A stretch of 64,000 bases of DNA from Acidobacteriota bacterium (GCA_965205505.1 CBDBHB010000009.1:1248001-1312000); one strand, 5' to 3'. Shown: positions 51,154 to 62,327, counted from the first letter of the stretch. The notes: generated from the letters alone by a model not told the origin. Made by a program: numbers and translations.

Positions 51154-51838
51154 CCCAATCGCCTCCCTTGAGGTAAATCACCGAAGGCTGCGTGTCGAGA
51201 TCCTCCAGCAGGTGGTAGGCGCGGTTGCTGCGAGCGCGTCGTGCGACGCGGCTCGACGGATTTTCCAGATCGCCAAAGACGATCGCCTCGGCCGGGCACG
51301 ACTGTGCACAGGCCGGCTGGATCTCGCCATCGTTCACCTCGCGCTCCTCGTCTTTCGCGTGGTCCTGGGCGTCCTGGATGCGCTGCACGCAGAAGGTGCA
51401 TTTCTCCATGACGCCGGCCGGTCGGGGGCTCACGTCGGGGTTGAGCTGCCGATCCAACGGCGTTGGCCAGTCGCCGGAGTGGAAATTGAACACGCTCACC
51501 GTGTAGGGGCAGTTGTTGGCGCAGTAGCGCGTGCCGATGCAGCGGCTGTAGACCATCGCATTGAGGCCCTCGTCGGTGCGGTACGTAGCGTAGACCGGAC
51601 AGACGGGCTCGCAGGGCGCCTCGGCGCAATGCTGGCAGAGCACCGGCCGAAAACGCACCTTGATGTCGGGAAACTCGCCCTCGTACTCGCGCTCGATGCG
51701 AAGCCAGTGCATGGCGCGCCCGTTGGCGGCCTCCTCGGCACCCACCGATTGGATGTTGTTCTCGGCGGCACAGGCCACGACGCACGCCTCGCAGCCGGTG
51801 CACACGTCGGTGTCGATAACCATTCCCCAGCGCGTCAT
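51137..51838 (-). CDS. 4Fe-4S dicluster subunit (ActB2/NrfC-like), currently in frame with the upstream molybdopterin-like ORF
   Basis: CTGCEACVVAC, CQHCAEAPCEPVCP, CIGTRYCANNCP, CTFC..PACAQSCP. Own GAGGA RBS before the ATG. Confidence 0.9.
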   Translation of the reverse strand: MTRWGMVIDTDVCTGCEACVVACAAENNIQSVGAEEAANGRAMHWLRIEREYEGEFPDIKVRFRPVLCQHCAEAPCEPVCPVYATYRTDEGLNAMVYSRCIGTRYCANNCPYTVSVFNFHSGDWPTPLDRQLNPDVSPRPAGVMEKCTFCVQRIQDAQDHAKDEEREVNDGEIQPACAQSCPAEAIVFGDLENPSSRVARRARSNRAYHLLEDLDTQPSVIYLKGGDWGGDNA

Positions 51839-54086
51839 GCGACGTCCTCGGGGCGCGCTCCCTGTGGCCGCCCAGCCGACCGGAATCCTCTCGTTCTGGC
51901 CGCGCTCGGCGAGACGAGCGCCGTGACGTATCAGTGTTCCGGGAGCCAGACGCTCGATCCTCACCCGCGTTGCTGCCCATGCCGGCACGGCCCGGCCGGC
52001 GACCTCGATCCCGCCGACCAGGTCAAGCGGGTTCGCTCCCCGGCCTCGAGCGTAGCGCCCGTAGTCTCGATGTCCTTGGCCCCTCGGCACGCCGACAAGG
52101 CCAGGACGAACAGCCGGGTCGATGACGGCTGCGACCTCGATCGAGCCGGCCGGCGACTCGATCCTGAGCCGGTCGCCGTCACGGATGCCGAGATCGTCGG
52201 CGTCGGCGGGCGACAGCTCCGCCCAGCTGTCCCACATGACGGTCGACAACGGGTCCGGGAGCTCCTGCAGCCAGGGTCGGTTCGCTCCGCGACCATCGCC
52301 GAGCTTCACCGACTCGAACAGTTGGAGTACGAACGGGAAGCGTGTCTCGTCGCCATTGAACACCGCCTCGCTGGCTTCGGGTGCACCCTCTGTGGGGCCG
52401 GGTGGCGTCATCGTCAGCGCTTCGCGGACGAAGACACCACCCCGTGCCAACGCCTCGGAGGCCGTCGAGGGCAGCTCGGGTGGGGCCGTGTCCGCTAACC
52501 GCTGCAGCTCCTCGTCGACGCGCGACCGTGCCAGCGACGCGAAGCTCGACCACGGGAGCTCGTTGGCAATCGGCTCACCCAGGGCGGTTGCAGTAGCCAG
52601 GATGATATCGCCCACGTGGTGCCCTTCTCCGAGCGGCTCGACAACCGGACCCGCCAAGCCGAGCGCCGGCACCCCGACGGACGTCGTCGGTTCGACGGCG
52701 CTGAACTGCTCGAGCTCAGTGTGCAGGGGCAGGAGCAGGTCCGCGTGATGAGCGGTGTCGTCGAGGAAGCTGCTCAGCACGATGATCTTGCCCGCCCCGG
52801 AAAGCGCCTCCGCGAACCCCCAGCTGCGAGGCAGCGTGTGTAGAGGATCGTTCGCGGCGATCAGCAGGGTCTCGACGGGTTCGGCCGACTCCCCACGGAG
52901 GCGCGGCAGGAGTTGTGTCATCGAGCCGTCGACGGCGTTGGTCGGGGCGATGCCGCTCGCCAGCCTGAACGACGCGGGAGCGAACACGCCGCCGGGTTGT
53001 CCGAGATTGTCGAGCAGGAGGTTCAGAGCCAGGGCAGCTACTACATTGAACAGCCCATTGGAATGTGCCGCCGCCGAGCCGCCGGCGATTACCATGCCGC
53101 GATCCGCGGCACCGAGCTCCAGACTGATTCGACGAATCCTGTCGGCCGGTAGGTCACAGACGGCGGCGCCCTCATCGAGCGTCGGCGGCTCGATGGCGAA
53201 CAGGGCGCCATAGCGCGCCCGGGCGGCCTCGTTGATCGACACCTCCGCCAGCAAGACGCCGGCGATGGTGCGTGCCAGCATTCCCTCGGTGCCGGGGCGC
53301 GGCGCCAGCCACTCGTCGGCGTTGGCCGCCGTCAACGACATGCGCGGCTCCGCATGCACGAGCTTGCCGCGCCGGCCTGGTCGACCACGGCGCATGCGCG
53401 CCAGCATGCGCGTGTAGTGCACGGGGCTACGCCAGCGATCGAGGAAGGGTGCTCCGATCGACAAGGCGTAGTCGGTGCGCCCGAGGTCGAAATAAGGCAT
53501 GTCGTCGACGCCGAGACTGATTGCTGCGGCCTGTTGCTGCGGCCTGCCGCTCCACCTCGAGCTCCGGAGGCTCCAGGAAGGCCGGGGGTGGTGCACCGAC
53601 CGCCGCAGCGAAGCGGTGCCAGAGCGCACCCACCAGACCGGATCGTTCCGAGGCGAGAATCGCCAGCCGTTCGCCGGGCGTGGCCGCGATCGTCTCGACG
53701 ACGTCGGCCAGTGCCTCCTCCCACGAGATTTCCTCGAACTGCCCCTCGCCGCGCGCGCCGCTGCGCCGCTGGGGAAGCAAGATCCGATCGGGATTGTAGA
53801 GCTCTTGCAACAGGGACTGGCCCAGCGCGCACAGGCCGCCCTGATTCACCGGGTGTTCGGGGTTGCCTTCGATCTTCTTGGCGTTGCCGTCGACCACACG
53901 GACCTGGATGCCGCACCCCGCCGAGCATTGCTGGCACACTCCGAACCGCCAGGTGCTCTCGCCCGCAAGCTGGTCGGGGCGCATCGCCGGCTGTATGAGC
54001 ACCTGGTCTTCCGGCCGCGAGCAGCCTTCGAGCAGCGACACGCCGGCTGCCAGAGTCGTTGCTTTCAGAAAGTCTCGTCTACGCAC
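51835..54086 (-). pseudogene. Molybdopterin-oxidoreductase-like subunit (ActB1/QrcB-like), frameshifted
   Basis: RRRDFLK Tat motif, CQQCSAGC..GNPEHPVNQGGLC. A 13-bp tandem duplication at 53521-53546 shifts the frame. Confidence 0.85.
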
Positions 54087-54112
54087 TCTGCTCTCCGCGG
54101 GGCACAATCACC

Positions 54113-54610
54113 TCAATGGTGGCAGGTGAGGCAATCGATGCTGGCGCCTTGCTGCTGATGGCAGCTCACGCACCAGCCCATGTCGGCCACGTCGACGGCC
54201 TGGCGCGCGACGGTCATCTCACCGACGTTTCCGTGGCAGCTGTCGCACGATACGCTGGCGCGCGCATGGGGCTTGTGCTTGAAGTGCACCATCGCCGCGT
54301 CCGGGATCACGTTGACTCGGTTCCACACCAGCGGCTCGCGGTTGCGGAAGCGCTCGATCACCTTCATCACCTCCGGGTGATCGGGGATGATGGCCCGCCG
54401 GTGGCACGTGGCGCACCCTGCGAGCGGCGTGAGGCCGGCCTGAGCCTGCGTCTCGGCACCCGGGTGGCAGCTCGTGCAGGCGATCTCGTTGTCGACGTGC
54501 GCCTTGTGGCTGAAGGCGACAGCCTGGGAAGGCGGCTGTGGCTCGGGCGTGCACCCGGCTACCCAGAGCAGGCACACGAGCGGCAGCAGATTGACTCAAG
54601 ATCGGCGCAT
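54113..54610 (-). pseudogene. Pentaheme cytochrome c (ActA/QrcA-like) with an in-frame TGA in the signal peptide
   Basis: Five CxxCH motifs. ATG 54610 reads MRRS*VNLLPLVCLLWVAGC. Alternative GTG start at 54577. Confidence 0.8.
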
Positions 54611-54678
54611 GACGGCCAGACTATACGCGCTCGGTGCGAGTCAATCTGCTTGGCGGCCAGTACTGCTCCTTGTGGTTT

Positions 54679-54694
54679 TTCAGCACCCTGCTAG
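54679..54694. repeat. Solo MITE right end ttcagcaccctgctag
   Basis: Exact reverse complement of 32-47. Confidence 0.55.
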
Positions 54695-54826
54695 GCGACG
54701 GCAGAAGCCGCGCTGGCTCTCGATGCTCGGCGATCCCCCTTCCGCCAGACGGGCCCCTGAGGCTAAGCTGCCTCGATTCGCAGGTTTCCCCGTCGTTCGA
54801 GTTGTCCTGATCGAGAGGCTAAGGCG

Positions 54827-55867
54827 TTGAAGAGCTGGATATCCGGGAGCATCACCTGCGCCGCGCTGGCGGCAATAACGGTTGCGAGCGCTAGCGCGGG
54901 CCAGACCAACCTCACCACTAACCCGGCCTTCGATGGCAGCCTCGCTTGGTCACCCGATGGCAGCAGGATCGCGTTCGTGACCAATCGCGATGGTGATCGC
55001 GAGATCTACGTGATGAAGGCGGATGGCTCCGACCAGGTCAATCTCACCGCGAACCCCGAGTACGACGAGTGGGATCCGGTCTGGTCCACGGACGGTTCCA
55101 GGATCGCCTTCGAGTCCGACCGGCACGGGCGCACGTCGGGCTGGAACTTCATCATGAACGCCGATGGCAGCGACGCAGACGTGCTGTCGAGCAATGGCTA
55201 CATCAACGGCGATCCGCGGTGGTCTCCCGACGGCAAGTGGATCACCTTCTACACCAGCTCTGGACGGCTCGGGAACGGTGATATCTCCATCATGGATGCC
55301 GAGGGCACCGAATACGTCGCCTGGTACGGCAAGTACCTGAACCTGACGGAGAACGGCCTCGGCAACCGGAACCCTGCATGGTCGCCCGACGGATTCCGCA
55401 TTGCCTTTGCAAGCCAGCGTGATGACAACGGCGAGATCTATGTCATGGACGACGACGGCGCCGAGCAAGTGAACCTCACGAACAGCCCTGCCGACGACGA
55501 CTTTCCAGCCTGGTCACGGGACGGCTCCAGGATCGTGTTCGTGTCGAGTCACGGCCTCGGTCTCAGCGATATCTGGATCATCGGGGAGGACGGCAGCGAT
55601 CCGCGCAACCTCAGCAACGACGACTCGACGAACGAGAGCCCGGCCTGGTCGCCCGACGGCACCCGGATCGCCTTCGTGTCTGATCGGGACGGCAACCGCG
55701 AGATCTACCTCATGAACGCGGATGGCGGCGATCTCGTGAACCTGACCAACGACCCGGCCAGGGACGACAGCCCGGCCTGGTCGCCGAGTGGCGACAGGAT
55801 CGCGTTTGTCGCCAGCCGCGACGGCAATCGCGAGATCTATATGATGAGTGTCGAGGGCAACCGGTGA
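54827..55867 (+). CDS. TolB-like PD40 beta-propeller protein
   Basis: Seven PAWSPDGxRIAFxSxRDGNREIYxM-type repeats. Confidence 0.9.
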   Translation: MKSWISGSITCAALAAITVASASAGQTNLTTNPAFDGSLAWSPDGSRIAFVTNRDGDREIYVMKADGSDQVNLTANPEYDEWDPVWSTDGSRIAFESDRHGRTSGWNFIMNADGSDADVLSSNGYINGDPRWSPDGKWITFYTSSGRLGNGDISIMDAEGTEYVAWYGKYLNLTENGLGNRNPAWSPDGFRIAFASQRDDNGEIYVMDDDGAEQVNLTNSPADDDFPAWSRDGSRIVFVSSHGLGLSDIWIIGEDGSDPRNLSNDDSTNESPAWSPDGTRIAFVSDRDGNREIYLMNADGGDLVNLTNDPARDDSPAWSPSGDRIAFVASRDGNREIYMMSVEGNR

Positions 55868-55877
55868 GGTCGGATTG

Positions 55878-57152
55878 ATGGCGAGCAGCATGCGAGCTTC
55901 AGGAGGTCGTCGGGGTTGCGCCTGGCTGGCTACCGCCCTCCTGATTGCCCTGCCGACGGGCGCGCTGGCGCAGGAATGGAGTCAGTGGAGGGGGCGCGAT
56001 CGCGACGGGGTAGTACACGATTTCGTTGCGCCCGAGACATGGCCGGAGGAGCTGCACCGGCGCTGGAAGGTGGAAGTCGGGACCGGGCATTCGACGCCGC
56101 TCGTCGTCGATGACCGGATCTACCTGCACACCCGCGACGTGGAAGCGGATGCCGAAGTGGTGCGAGCACTGCAACTGTCGGACGGGCAGGTGATCTGGGA
56201 GGACACGTACGCGGCGCCCTACCGCATGCACCCTGCCGGTAGAGCGTTCGGCAAGGGGCCGGTATCGACGCCAGTGGTCGCCGACGGCAGGTTGTTCACC
56301 CTCGGCAAGGGTGGCGCGGTGTCGTGCTACGACCTCGCGTCGGGGGAGCGTGTATGGCAGGAGGACTTCGGAGGGCAGTTCGCTGCCAAGTTCCCGCTGT
56401 ACGGCGCCGGCATGTCGCCGATCCTCGATGGCGGCAGGCTGATCGTCCAGGTCGGCGGACCCGACGACGGGGCGCTCATGGCGCTCGACCCAGCGACTGG
56501 CGAGATCATCTGGTCGCTGGAGGGGGACGGCCCGAGCTATGTCTCACCGATCGTGGTCGAGCTCGAAGGACAGCGGCAGGTCGTCACGCAAACCGATGCG
56601 CACATCATCAGCGTTGCAGTCGACTCCGGCCGCCTTCTGTGGCGCATACCCTTCCGCACCGAGTTCGACCAAAACGTGGTGACGCCGGCGCTACACGGCG
56701 ACAAGCTCATTCTCTCCGGCCTGAACCAGCCCCTGTTCGCAATTCGTCTGACTCGAGATGGGGACGCGTGGACAACGCAAGAGCTTTGGAGCAACCTGTC
56801 TACATCGCTGTACATGAGCACTACGGTGTCCATCGGAGATCGGCTCTTCGGCATGACCCATCGTCGCAAAGGGCAGTTTTTCGCCATGAGCGCCGAAACC
56901 GGCGAGACGATTTGGACCAGCGAGGGTCGCGAGGGGGACAACGCCTCGTTCCTGGTGCTCGACGGTCTGCTGGTGGTCCTTACGGACTCGGCGGAGTTGA
57001 TCCTGCTGCGCCCCGACGCCGTCGAGTTCGCGCCGCTGCGCCGCTACACCGTTGCCGATAGCCAAACGTGGGCGCACCCGGTCGCCACGCGCGACGGATT
57101 CTTGATCAAGGATCTCTCGAGCCTGGCGCTCTGGGGGTTCGAGGGGAGCTGA
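55878..57152 (+). CDS. PQQ-binding-like beta-propeller repeat protein
   Basis: EWSQWRGRDRDG, GHSTPLV, GPVSTPVV, TWAHPV. Confidence 0.87.
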   Translation: MASSMRASGGRRGCAWLATALLIALPTGALAQEWSQWRGRDRDGVVHDFVAPETWPEELHRRWKVEVGTGHSTPLVVDDRIYLHTRDVEADAEVVRALQLSDGQVIWEDTYAAPYRMHPAGRAFGKGPVSTPVVADGRLFTLGKGGAVSCYDLASGERVWQEDFGGQFAAKFPLYGAGMSPILDGGRLIVQVGGPDDGALMALDPATGEIIWSLEGDGPSYVSPIVVELEGQRQVVTQTDAHIISVAVDSGRLLWRIPFRTEFDQNVVTPALHGDKLILSGLNQPLFAIRLTRDGDAWTTQELWSNLSTSLYMSTTVSIGDRLFGMTHRRKGQFFAMSAETGETIWTSEGREGDNASFLVLDGLLVVLTDSAELILLRPDAVEFAPLRRYTVADSQTWAHPVATRDGFLIKDLSSLALWGFEGS

Positions 57153-57155
57153 CGC

Positions 57156-57488
57156 GTGACAGAGGTCGGCCGCGTCGCCGGCGGTGTGCTGCAGCAGGCC
57201 GCCGATTGGCTGCGTGAGGGCAAGGTCGTGGCGCTCGCCACCGTGGTGCGGACATGGGGGTCTGCCCCACGCCAGCCCGGCAGCCACATGGCAATCGAGG
57301 AGGGCGGACACTTCGTCGGCTCGGTCTCGGGCGGCTGCGTGGAGGGCGCCGTGGTGTCGTCGTCGCGCCAGGTCATGGACACGGGCATCCCGCAACTGCT
57401 GGAATTCGGCGTTACCGACGAGGAAGCCTGGGCGGTGGGCCTCGCCTGTGGCGGTCAGGTCGACATCTGGGTCGAGCGCGTCGATTGA
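57156..57488 (+). CDS. XdhC/CoxI family protein (N-terminal-domain type)
   Basis: ALATVVRTWGSAPRQPG, GSVSGGCVE, AWAVGLACGG. Confidence 0.9.
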   Translation: MTEVGRVAGGVLQQAADWLREGKVVALATVVRTWGSAPRQPGSHMAIEEGGHFVGSVSGGCVEGAVVSSSRQVMDTGIPQLLEFGVTDEEAWAVGLACGGQVDIWVERVD

Positions 57489-58210
57489 AGGCCGCACTGC
57501 TGGAACGCATCATCGCCGACCGCGCCGCGAAGCGCGCCGTCGTGCTGGTTACCGACTTGCGATCGGGCGACCAGCGCTTGCTGTATCCGTTCGCTTCTGA
57601 CGGCGACGTGGCCCCGGGCCCGGAGAGCGGCGTTCCGGTTGACGACCTGCTGCTGGAGGGCGCCCGGGTGTCGGTGCGTGATGATCGCTCCGGGATCGTA
57701 GGCCACGGCGATCGCAAGCTGCTGTTGGATGTCTTCAACCCGCCGGTACGCGTCGTCCTCGTCGGTGCGGCGCACATCGCTCAGGCAATGGCGGCGATGG
57801 CGGCGATCAATGGCTTCGAGGTAGTGGTGGTCGATCCTCGTCGAGCGTTCGCTACACCGGAGCGGTTTCCAGGGGTCGAGTTGGTGCGGGACTGGCCGCA
57901 GAAGGTGTTGCCCGGGCTGCGTATCGATCATCGCACCGCGGTGGTGGCGCTGAGCCACGATCCCAAGATCGATGACCCGGCGCTGCAGCACGCCGTAGGG
58001 AGCCCGGCGTTCTACATCGGCGCGCTCGGCAGCAAGCGCAATCACGTCGCACGCATGGAGCGACTCGCCGAGGCCGGGTGTAGCGGCGCCGACCTGGCGC
58101 GCGTGCATGGCCCGGTGGGACTCGACATCGGCGCACGGACACCGGCCGAGATCGCCACCGCGATCCTGGCGCAGGTAATCGAGCGGCTGCGCAAGCGACG
58201 CGGATCGTGA
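57485..58210 (+). CDS. XdhC/CoxF family Moco chaperone (C-terminal-domain type)
   Basis: VGAAHIAQ, DPRRAFATPERFP, LSHDPKIDDPAL, YIGALGS, PVGLDIGARTPAEIA. Confidence 0.9.
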   Translation: MKAALLERIIADRAAKRAVVLVTDLRSGDQRLLYPFASDGDVAPGPESGVPVDDLLLEGARVSVRDDRSGIVGHGDRKLLLDVFNPPVRVVLVGAAHIAQAMAAMAAINGFEVVVVDPRRAFATPERFPGVELVRDWPQKVLPGLRIDHRTAVVALSHDPKIDDPALQHAVGSPAFYIGALGSKRNHVARMERLAEAGCSGADLARVHGPVGLDIGARTPAEIATAILAQVIERLRKRRGS

Positions 58211-58827
58211 GCCGTGCCGAGTACAGGGTTGGCGCGGTGCTGCTGGCGGCCGGGGAGTCGAAGCGCTTCGGCGACCGCAACAAGCTACTGACCGAGATCG
58301 CCGGCCGGCCGATGGTCAGGCACGTGGCGCGCGTCTTGGCGCAGTCGCTCGCCGATCCGGTTGTCGCGGTCACCGGCCACGATTGCGCCTTGGTGGCGGA
58401 GGCGCTCTCGGGATTACCTCTGCAGCTCGTCTACAACGCCGACTACGCGAACGGCATGAGCAGCACGCTTCGTGCCGGTGTGGCGGCGCTGACCACCGGC
58501 CACACACCGCCCGTCGACGGTGCGTTGATCTGCCTGGCCGACATGCCGTGGGTGCGACGGGAACATCTGGACGGGCTGATCGGAGCCTTCGATCCTGCAG
58601 CAGGGCGTCCGATCTGTGTTCCGGTATACGATCGCAGGCGCGGCAACCCCGTTCTATGGTCTGCTGACTATTTCGGACAGATCGATGAGATCACCGGTGA
58701 CGTCGGCGCTCGCGGGCTGCTCACACGCCACTCTGCCTGTGTGCACGAGGTAGCGTTCGGGGATTCGGGCGTGGCCTGCGACGTTGACTCGCCGGACCAG
58801 ATCCAGGGCCCGTTAGTGTCCCTTTAG
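58207..58827 (+). CDS. mocA: Molybdenum cofactor cytidylyltransferase (MocA-like)
   Basis: LLAAGESKRFG..KLL, GMSSTL, LADMP, GNPVLW, GDVGAR, DVDSP. Confidence 0.8.
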   Translation: MSRAEYRVGAVLLAAGESKRFGDRNKLLTEIAGRPMVRHVARVLAQSLADPVVAVTGHDCALVAEALSGLPLQLVYNADYANGMSSTLRAGVAALTTGHTPPVDGALICLADMPWVRREHLDGLIGAFDPAAGRPICVPVYDRRRGNPVLWSADYFGQIDEITGDVGARGLLTRHSACVHEVAFGDSGVACDVDSPDQIQGPLVSL

Positions 58828-58876
58828 GAGCACCGGAGATGTTGCGAGACCGAGACACGGACGACCAGGGAAAGCC

Positions 58877-59425
58877 GTGGCAACGCTGAAGATCAGCGAG
58901 TCGTTCAGCCTGCCGGCACCGCCAGAGCGTGTCTGGCCGTTGCTCACAGACCCTGCCGGTATCGCCGATTGTCTCCCCGGGGCAGAGTTGGAATCGGTCG
59001 ACGGAGACGTCTACCTGGGTACCGTCCGAGTCAAAGTCGGTCCGGTTACGGTGAACTACAACGGCCAGATCCGTTTCACCGAGGTCGACGAGGACAACCT
59101 ACGACTGCGCATGGTCGGTAACGGTACGGATCGTCGCGGCGGCGGCACCACATCGCTCACCATGCAGACCGTCGTGACGGAGGATAACGGCGGCGCCCTC
59201 GTCAGCATCGACGCCGATGTGCAGATTACCGGCAAGCTGGTGCGCTTTGCGCGCGGCATGTTTCAGGCGGTGTCGAAGCAACTGCTTGGTGAATTCGCCG
59301 AACGGCTCTCCCGAAAGCTCCAGGGCGAGGCCGCAGTGCCGGAAGGTGAGGGCGAGACGCTGGACGGCGGCAAGCTGCTGCTGCGCACGCTCGCCGACAA
59401 GCTCAGACGGTCCGACGACGACTAG
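58877..59425 (+). CDS. coxG: CoxG/SRPBCC family protein
   Basis: PPERVW..L.DP..IADCLPGAEL, VKVGPV..Y.G. Confidence 0.8.
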   Translation: MATLKISESFSLPAPPERVWPLLTDPAGIADCLPGAELESVDGDVYLGTVRVKVGPVTVNYNGQIRFTEVDEDNLRLRMVGNGTDRRGGGTTSLTMQTVVTEDNGGALVSIDADVQITGKLVRFARGMFQAVSKQLLGEFAERLSRKLQGEAAVPEGEGETLDGGKLLLRTLADKLRRSDDD

Positions 59426-60599
59426 GCCTGCTAGCTGTGTGGTCCGGACGCCGCGATAGCGCCATGCCGAGATCGTCGAGCGACGAGATGCTGTGGGCCG
59501 CACGCATCTCGTCAACATGCGGCAGCATGGCGCGGATTCCCGCGGCACGTGGCTCGAAGGCCTCGTAGCGCAGCAACGGATTGAGCCACACCAGTTGCCT
59601 GCACGAGCGCTTCAGGCGAGCCATCTCGTGTCCGAGTCCCTCGCCGTTGTCGCGGTCGAGCCCGTCGCTGATCAGCAGCACCACCGCTCCCGGGGCTAGC
59701 ACCCGGCGCGACCAGCGGAAGTTGAAGCGGCGTAAGCAGGGGGCGATGCGCGTACCGCTGTCCCAATCCGGCACCTCGCGCCCGAGGCACGAGAGCGCTG
59801 CATCGATGTCGCTGTGCTGCATCGTGCGGGTCACGTTGGTAAGGCGGGTGGCGAACAGAAACGTGTGTACCCGATGAGCGTCACTAGTGAACGCATGGGC
59901 GAAGTGCAACAGCATGCGGCTGTAGGTGCTCATCGATCCGGAGATGTCGCATAGCACCACCACCACCGGTGCGCGCCGCCGCGGCGCGCGCCATCGCAAA
60001 GGGATGCGGTCGCCGCCCTCGCGCAGGCTGGCACGGATCGTGGCGCGCAGGTCGGGGTGTCGGCCGCGCGCCACGGCGCGCGTCCGGCGCATAGCGAGCT
60101 GAGCCCAGGGGGGTCGAAGTCGGGCGATCATTGCTTTTGCCTGGGCAATCTCGTCGGCGCTCATCTGCTCGAAATCCTTGCTACGCAGCATCTCTCGTTG
60201 CGACCAACTCATGCGAGCAACGAGCTCGTGTGGCGAAGCTTCGTGCGAGCGTGTCGGCGTGCGCTGCTGCCAGGCCTCGGACAGGCGCCTACCACCCGGG
60301 TTCGACGAATCCGGCGAGGGTAATCGCGATTGCGATAGGAGCTCGGCGAGTGCCGGGTTGATCGCGGCGCGTTCCGGGTCTCGCCAGAAGCGGCGAAACG
60401 CCAGGTCGAAGAGCTCACGCTGCTCGTTGCGCTGTACCCACACCGCATGCAGGGTCCAGTAGAAATCCTCGCGGCGCGTTATGTCGATGGCTCCGAGCGC
60501 ACGCAGGGCCGCCAGGCTCCGTCCTGGCCCCACGGGAATTCCCAGGACGCGCAGCAGGCGCCCGAAATGCACCACGTTGACGGCCAGTTGGCCGCTCAC
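59403..60599 (-). CDS. coxE: CoxE vWA-domain protein
   Basis: LCDISGSM, FATRLTNVT, DWDSGTRI, ISDGLD, WLNPLL. Confidence 0.85.
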   Translation of the reverse strand: MSGQLAVNVVHFGRLLRVLGIPVGPGRSLAALRALGAIDITRREDFYWTLHAVWVQRNEQRELFDLAFRRFWRDPERAAINPALAELLSQSRLPSPDSSNPGGRRLSEAWQQRTPTRSHEASPHELVARMSWSQREMLRSKDFEQMSADEIAQAKAMIARLRPPWAQLAMRRTRAVARGRHPDLRATIRASLREGGDRIPLRWRAPRRRAPVVVVLCDISGSMSTYSRMLLHFAHAFTSDAHRVHTFLFATRLTNVTRTMQHSDIDAALSCLGREVPDWDSGTRIAPCLRRFNFRWSRRVLAPGAVVLLISDGLDRDNGEGLGHEMARLKRSCRQLVWLNPLLRYEAFEPRAAGIRAMLPHVDEMRAAHSISSLDDLGMALSRRPDHTASRPSRRRTV

Positions 60600-61531
60600 G
60601 CTCCGGGCTCTACTAGCGTCGCCGCCAACTCCTTCTCGACCTGGCGAAGGATGCTCGCGGCCTCGTCGCCGCGGATGCGCGACAGGTCATCCTCGTATTT
60701 CAGCAGCACGCCAAGGGTGTCGTCGACGGTCTGGGGATCGAGCGAGGTCCGGTCGAGTGCTTGGAGGGCACGTGTCCAGTCAATCGACTCGGCCACTCCG
60801 GGTCGCTTGAACAGCTCGTGGTCGCGCAACGCCTGCACGAAGCCGACCACCTGCCGAGTCAAAGCCTCTGCTACCTCGGGGGCGCGCGCTCGTAGGATGC
60901 GCAGCTCCCGAGCGGCGTCTGGATAATCGATCCAGCAATACAGGCACCGCCGCTTGAGAGCGTCGTGAATCTCGCGCGTGCGGTTGGATGTGATCACCAC
61001 GACGGGGGGCTGTTCGGCGCGGAACGTGCCGAGCTCGGGCACGGTTACCTGGAAATCCGACAATATCTCGAGCAAGAAGGCCTCGAACGGCTCGTCGGCA
61101 CGATCGAGCTCGTCGATCAGCAGCACCGGCGGTCCGTTCGGGTGTGGCTCGAGCGCCTCCAGCAGCGGCCGCCGGATCAAGAAGCGCTCGGAGAAGATGC
61201 CGGCTTCCAGCGCGGCGCGGTCGTCGTCTCCGGTCGCCTCGGCGAGGCGGATCTCGATCATCTGGCGCGGATAGTTCCACTCGTAAACCGCAGTGGCTAC
61301 GTCGAGACCCTCGTAGCACTGCAGTCGGATGAGCCGGCGGCCCAGCGCCGTCGACAGCACCTTGGCGATCTCGGTCTTGCCGACCCCGGCCTCGCCCTCG
61401 ACGAATAGGGGGCGGCCGAGGGCCAGCGACAGGAAAACCCCCGTGGCCAGCGACCGGTCGGCGATGTAGTCGTGCTGCAGTAGCAGCTCGGATGTCGCGT
61501 CAACCGACTCCGGGGGCGCGCCTATCCGCAA
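60596..61531 (-). CDS. coxD: CoxD MoxR-family AAA+ ATPase
   Basis: [44 protein letters not shown]. Confidence 0.88.
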   Translation of the reverse strand: MRIGAPPESVDATSELLLQHDYIADRSLATGVFLSLALGRPLFVEGEAGVGKTEIAKVLSTALGRRLIRLQCYEGLDVATAVYEWNYPRQMIEIRLAEATGDDDRAALEAGIFSERFLIRRPLLEALEPHPNGPPVLLIDELDRADEPFEAFLLEILSDFQVTVPELGTFRAEQPPVVVITSNRTREIHDALKRRCLYCWIDYPDAARELRILRARAPEVAEALTRQVVGFVQALRDHELFKRPGVAESIDWTRALQALDRTSLDPQTVDDTLGVLLKYEDDLSRIRGDEAASILRQVEKELAATLVEPGA

Positions 61532-62316
61532 GCCTCCACCGCCCGCTTGGTCATTACTTTGATCAGGTGGGCTCGGTAGTCGGCGCTGGCGTCGCCGTCG
61601 TCCAGGAGGTCAGCACCGTCAATCTCGACGCCATCGACTGCCGCGGTGCTGAAATCGGCGTCCAGAGCGGTCTCCAGAGCCTCGGAACGGTACGCTCCGT
61701 AGCCCGCCCCGGTAACCGCGACGCGCGTGCCGCTGCCTGTCCGGGCGACCATTACGCCTACGAGGGCGTATTTCGACGCCGGGTTGGCGAACTTCTCGTA
61801 CGCTGCCGCCTGCGGAACGCTGAAGCGCACCGCGGTGACGATCTCGTCGTCCGCCAGAGCTGTTTCGAACATCGTGCCGAGGAAGTCGCGAGCCGGTATC
61901 TCGCGCCCATCGGTGATCACCGTCGCATCCAGCGCCAGCAACGCCGCCGGGTAGTCGGCGGCCGGATCGGCGTGTGCTACCGAGCCTCCGAGGGTGCCGC
62001 GGTTTCGCACCTGCGGGTCACCGATGCCGCCAGCCAGCTCCGCTAGCGCCGGAATTGCTCCACGCACAACCTCCGATGCAGCGACCTCCGCATGCGTGGC
62101 CGTGGCTCCGATCAGCAGCTGATCGCCCTGAGCCTCGATGCCGTCGAGCTCGGGTACGTCGCGTAGGCTGATCACGTCGCTCGGCAGGGCCAGGTCGAGC
62201 TTCATCACCGGCAACAAGCTCTGACCACCGGCCAGCAGCTTACCTTCGTCGGCGTTTTGGAGCGTCTGTTTGGCTTCGTCGATCGAGCGCGGACGATGGA
62301 AGTTGAAGTCTTGCAT
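61522..62316 (-). CDS. coxM: CoxM/CutM-type FAD-binding subunit
   Basis: [39 protein letters not shown]. Confidence 0.85.
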   Translation of the reverse strand: MQDFNFHRPRSIDEAKQTLQNADEGKLLAGGQSLLPVMKLDLALPSDVISLRDVPELDGIEAQGDQLLIGATATHAEVAASEVVRGAIPALAELAGGIGDPQVRNRGTLGGSVAHADPAADYPAALLALDATVITDGREIPARDFLGTMFETALADDEIVTAVRFSVPQAAAYEKFANPASKYALVGVMVARTGSGTRVAVTGAGYGAYRSEALETALDADFSTAAVDGVEIDGADLLDDGDASADYRAHLIKVMTKRAVEACG

Positions 62317-62327
62317 CGTGTCCTCCT

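Noticed and set aside
54596-54598. In-frame TGA as possible selenocysteine
   Set aside because: It lies in a signal peptide, no SECIS is evident and the operon has other lesions, so a nonsense mutation is more likely.
54900-55850. Repeated ~130-bp DNA units
   Set aside because: These are coding PD40 propeller blades.
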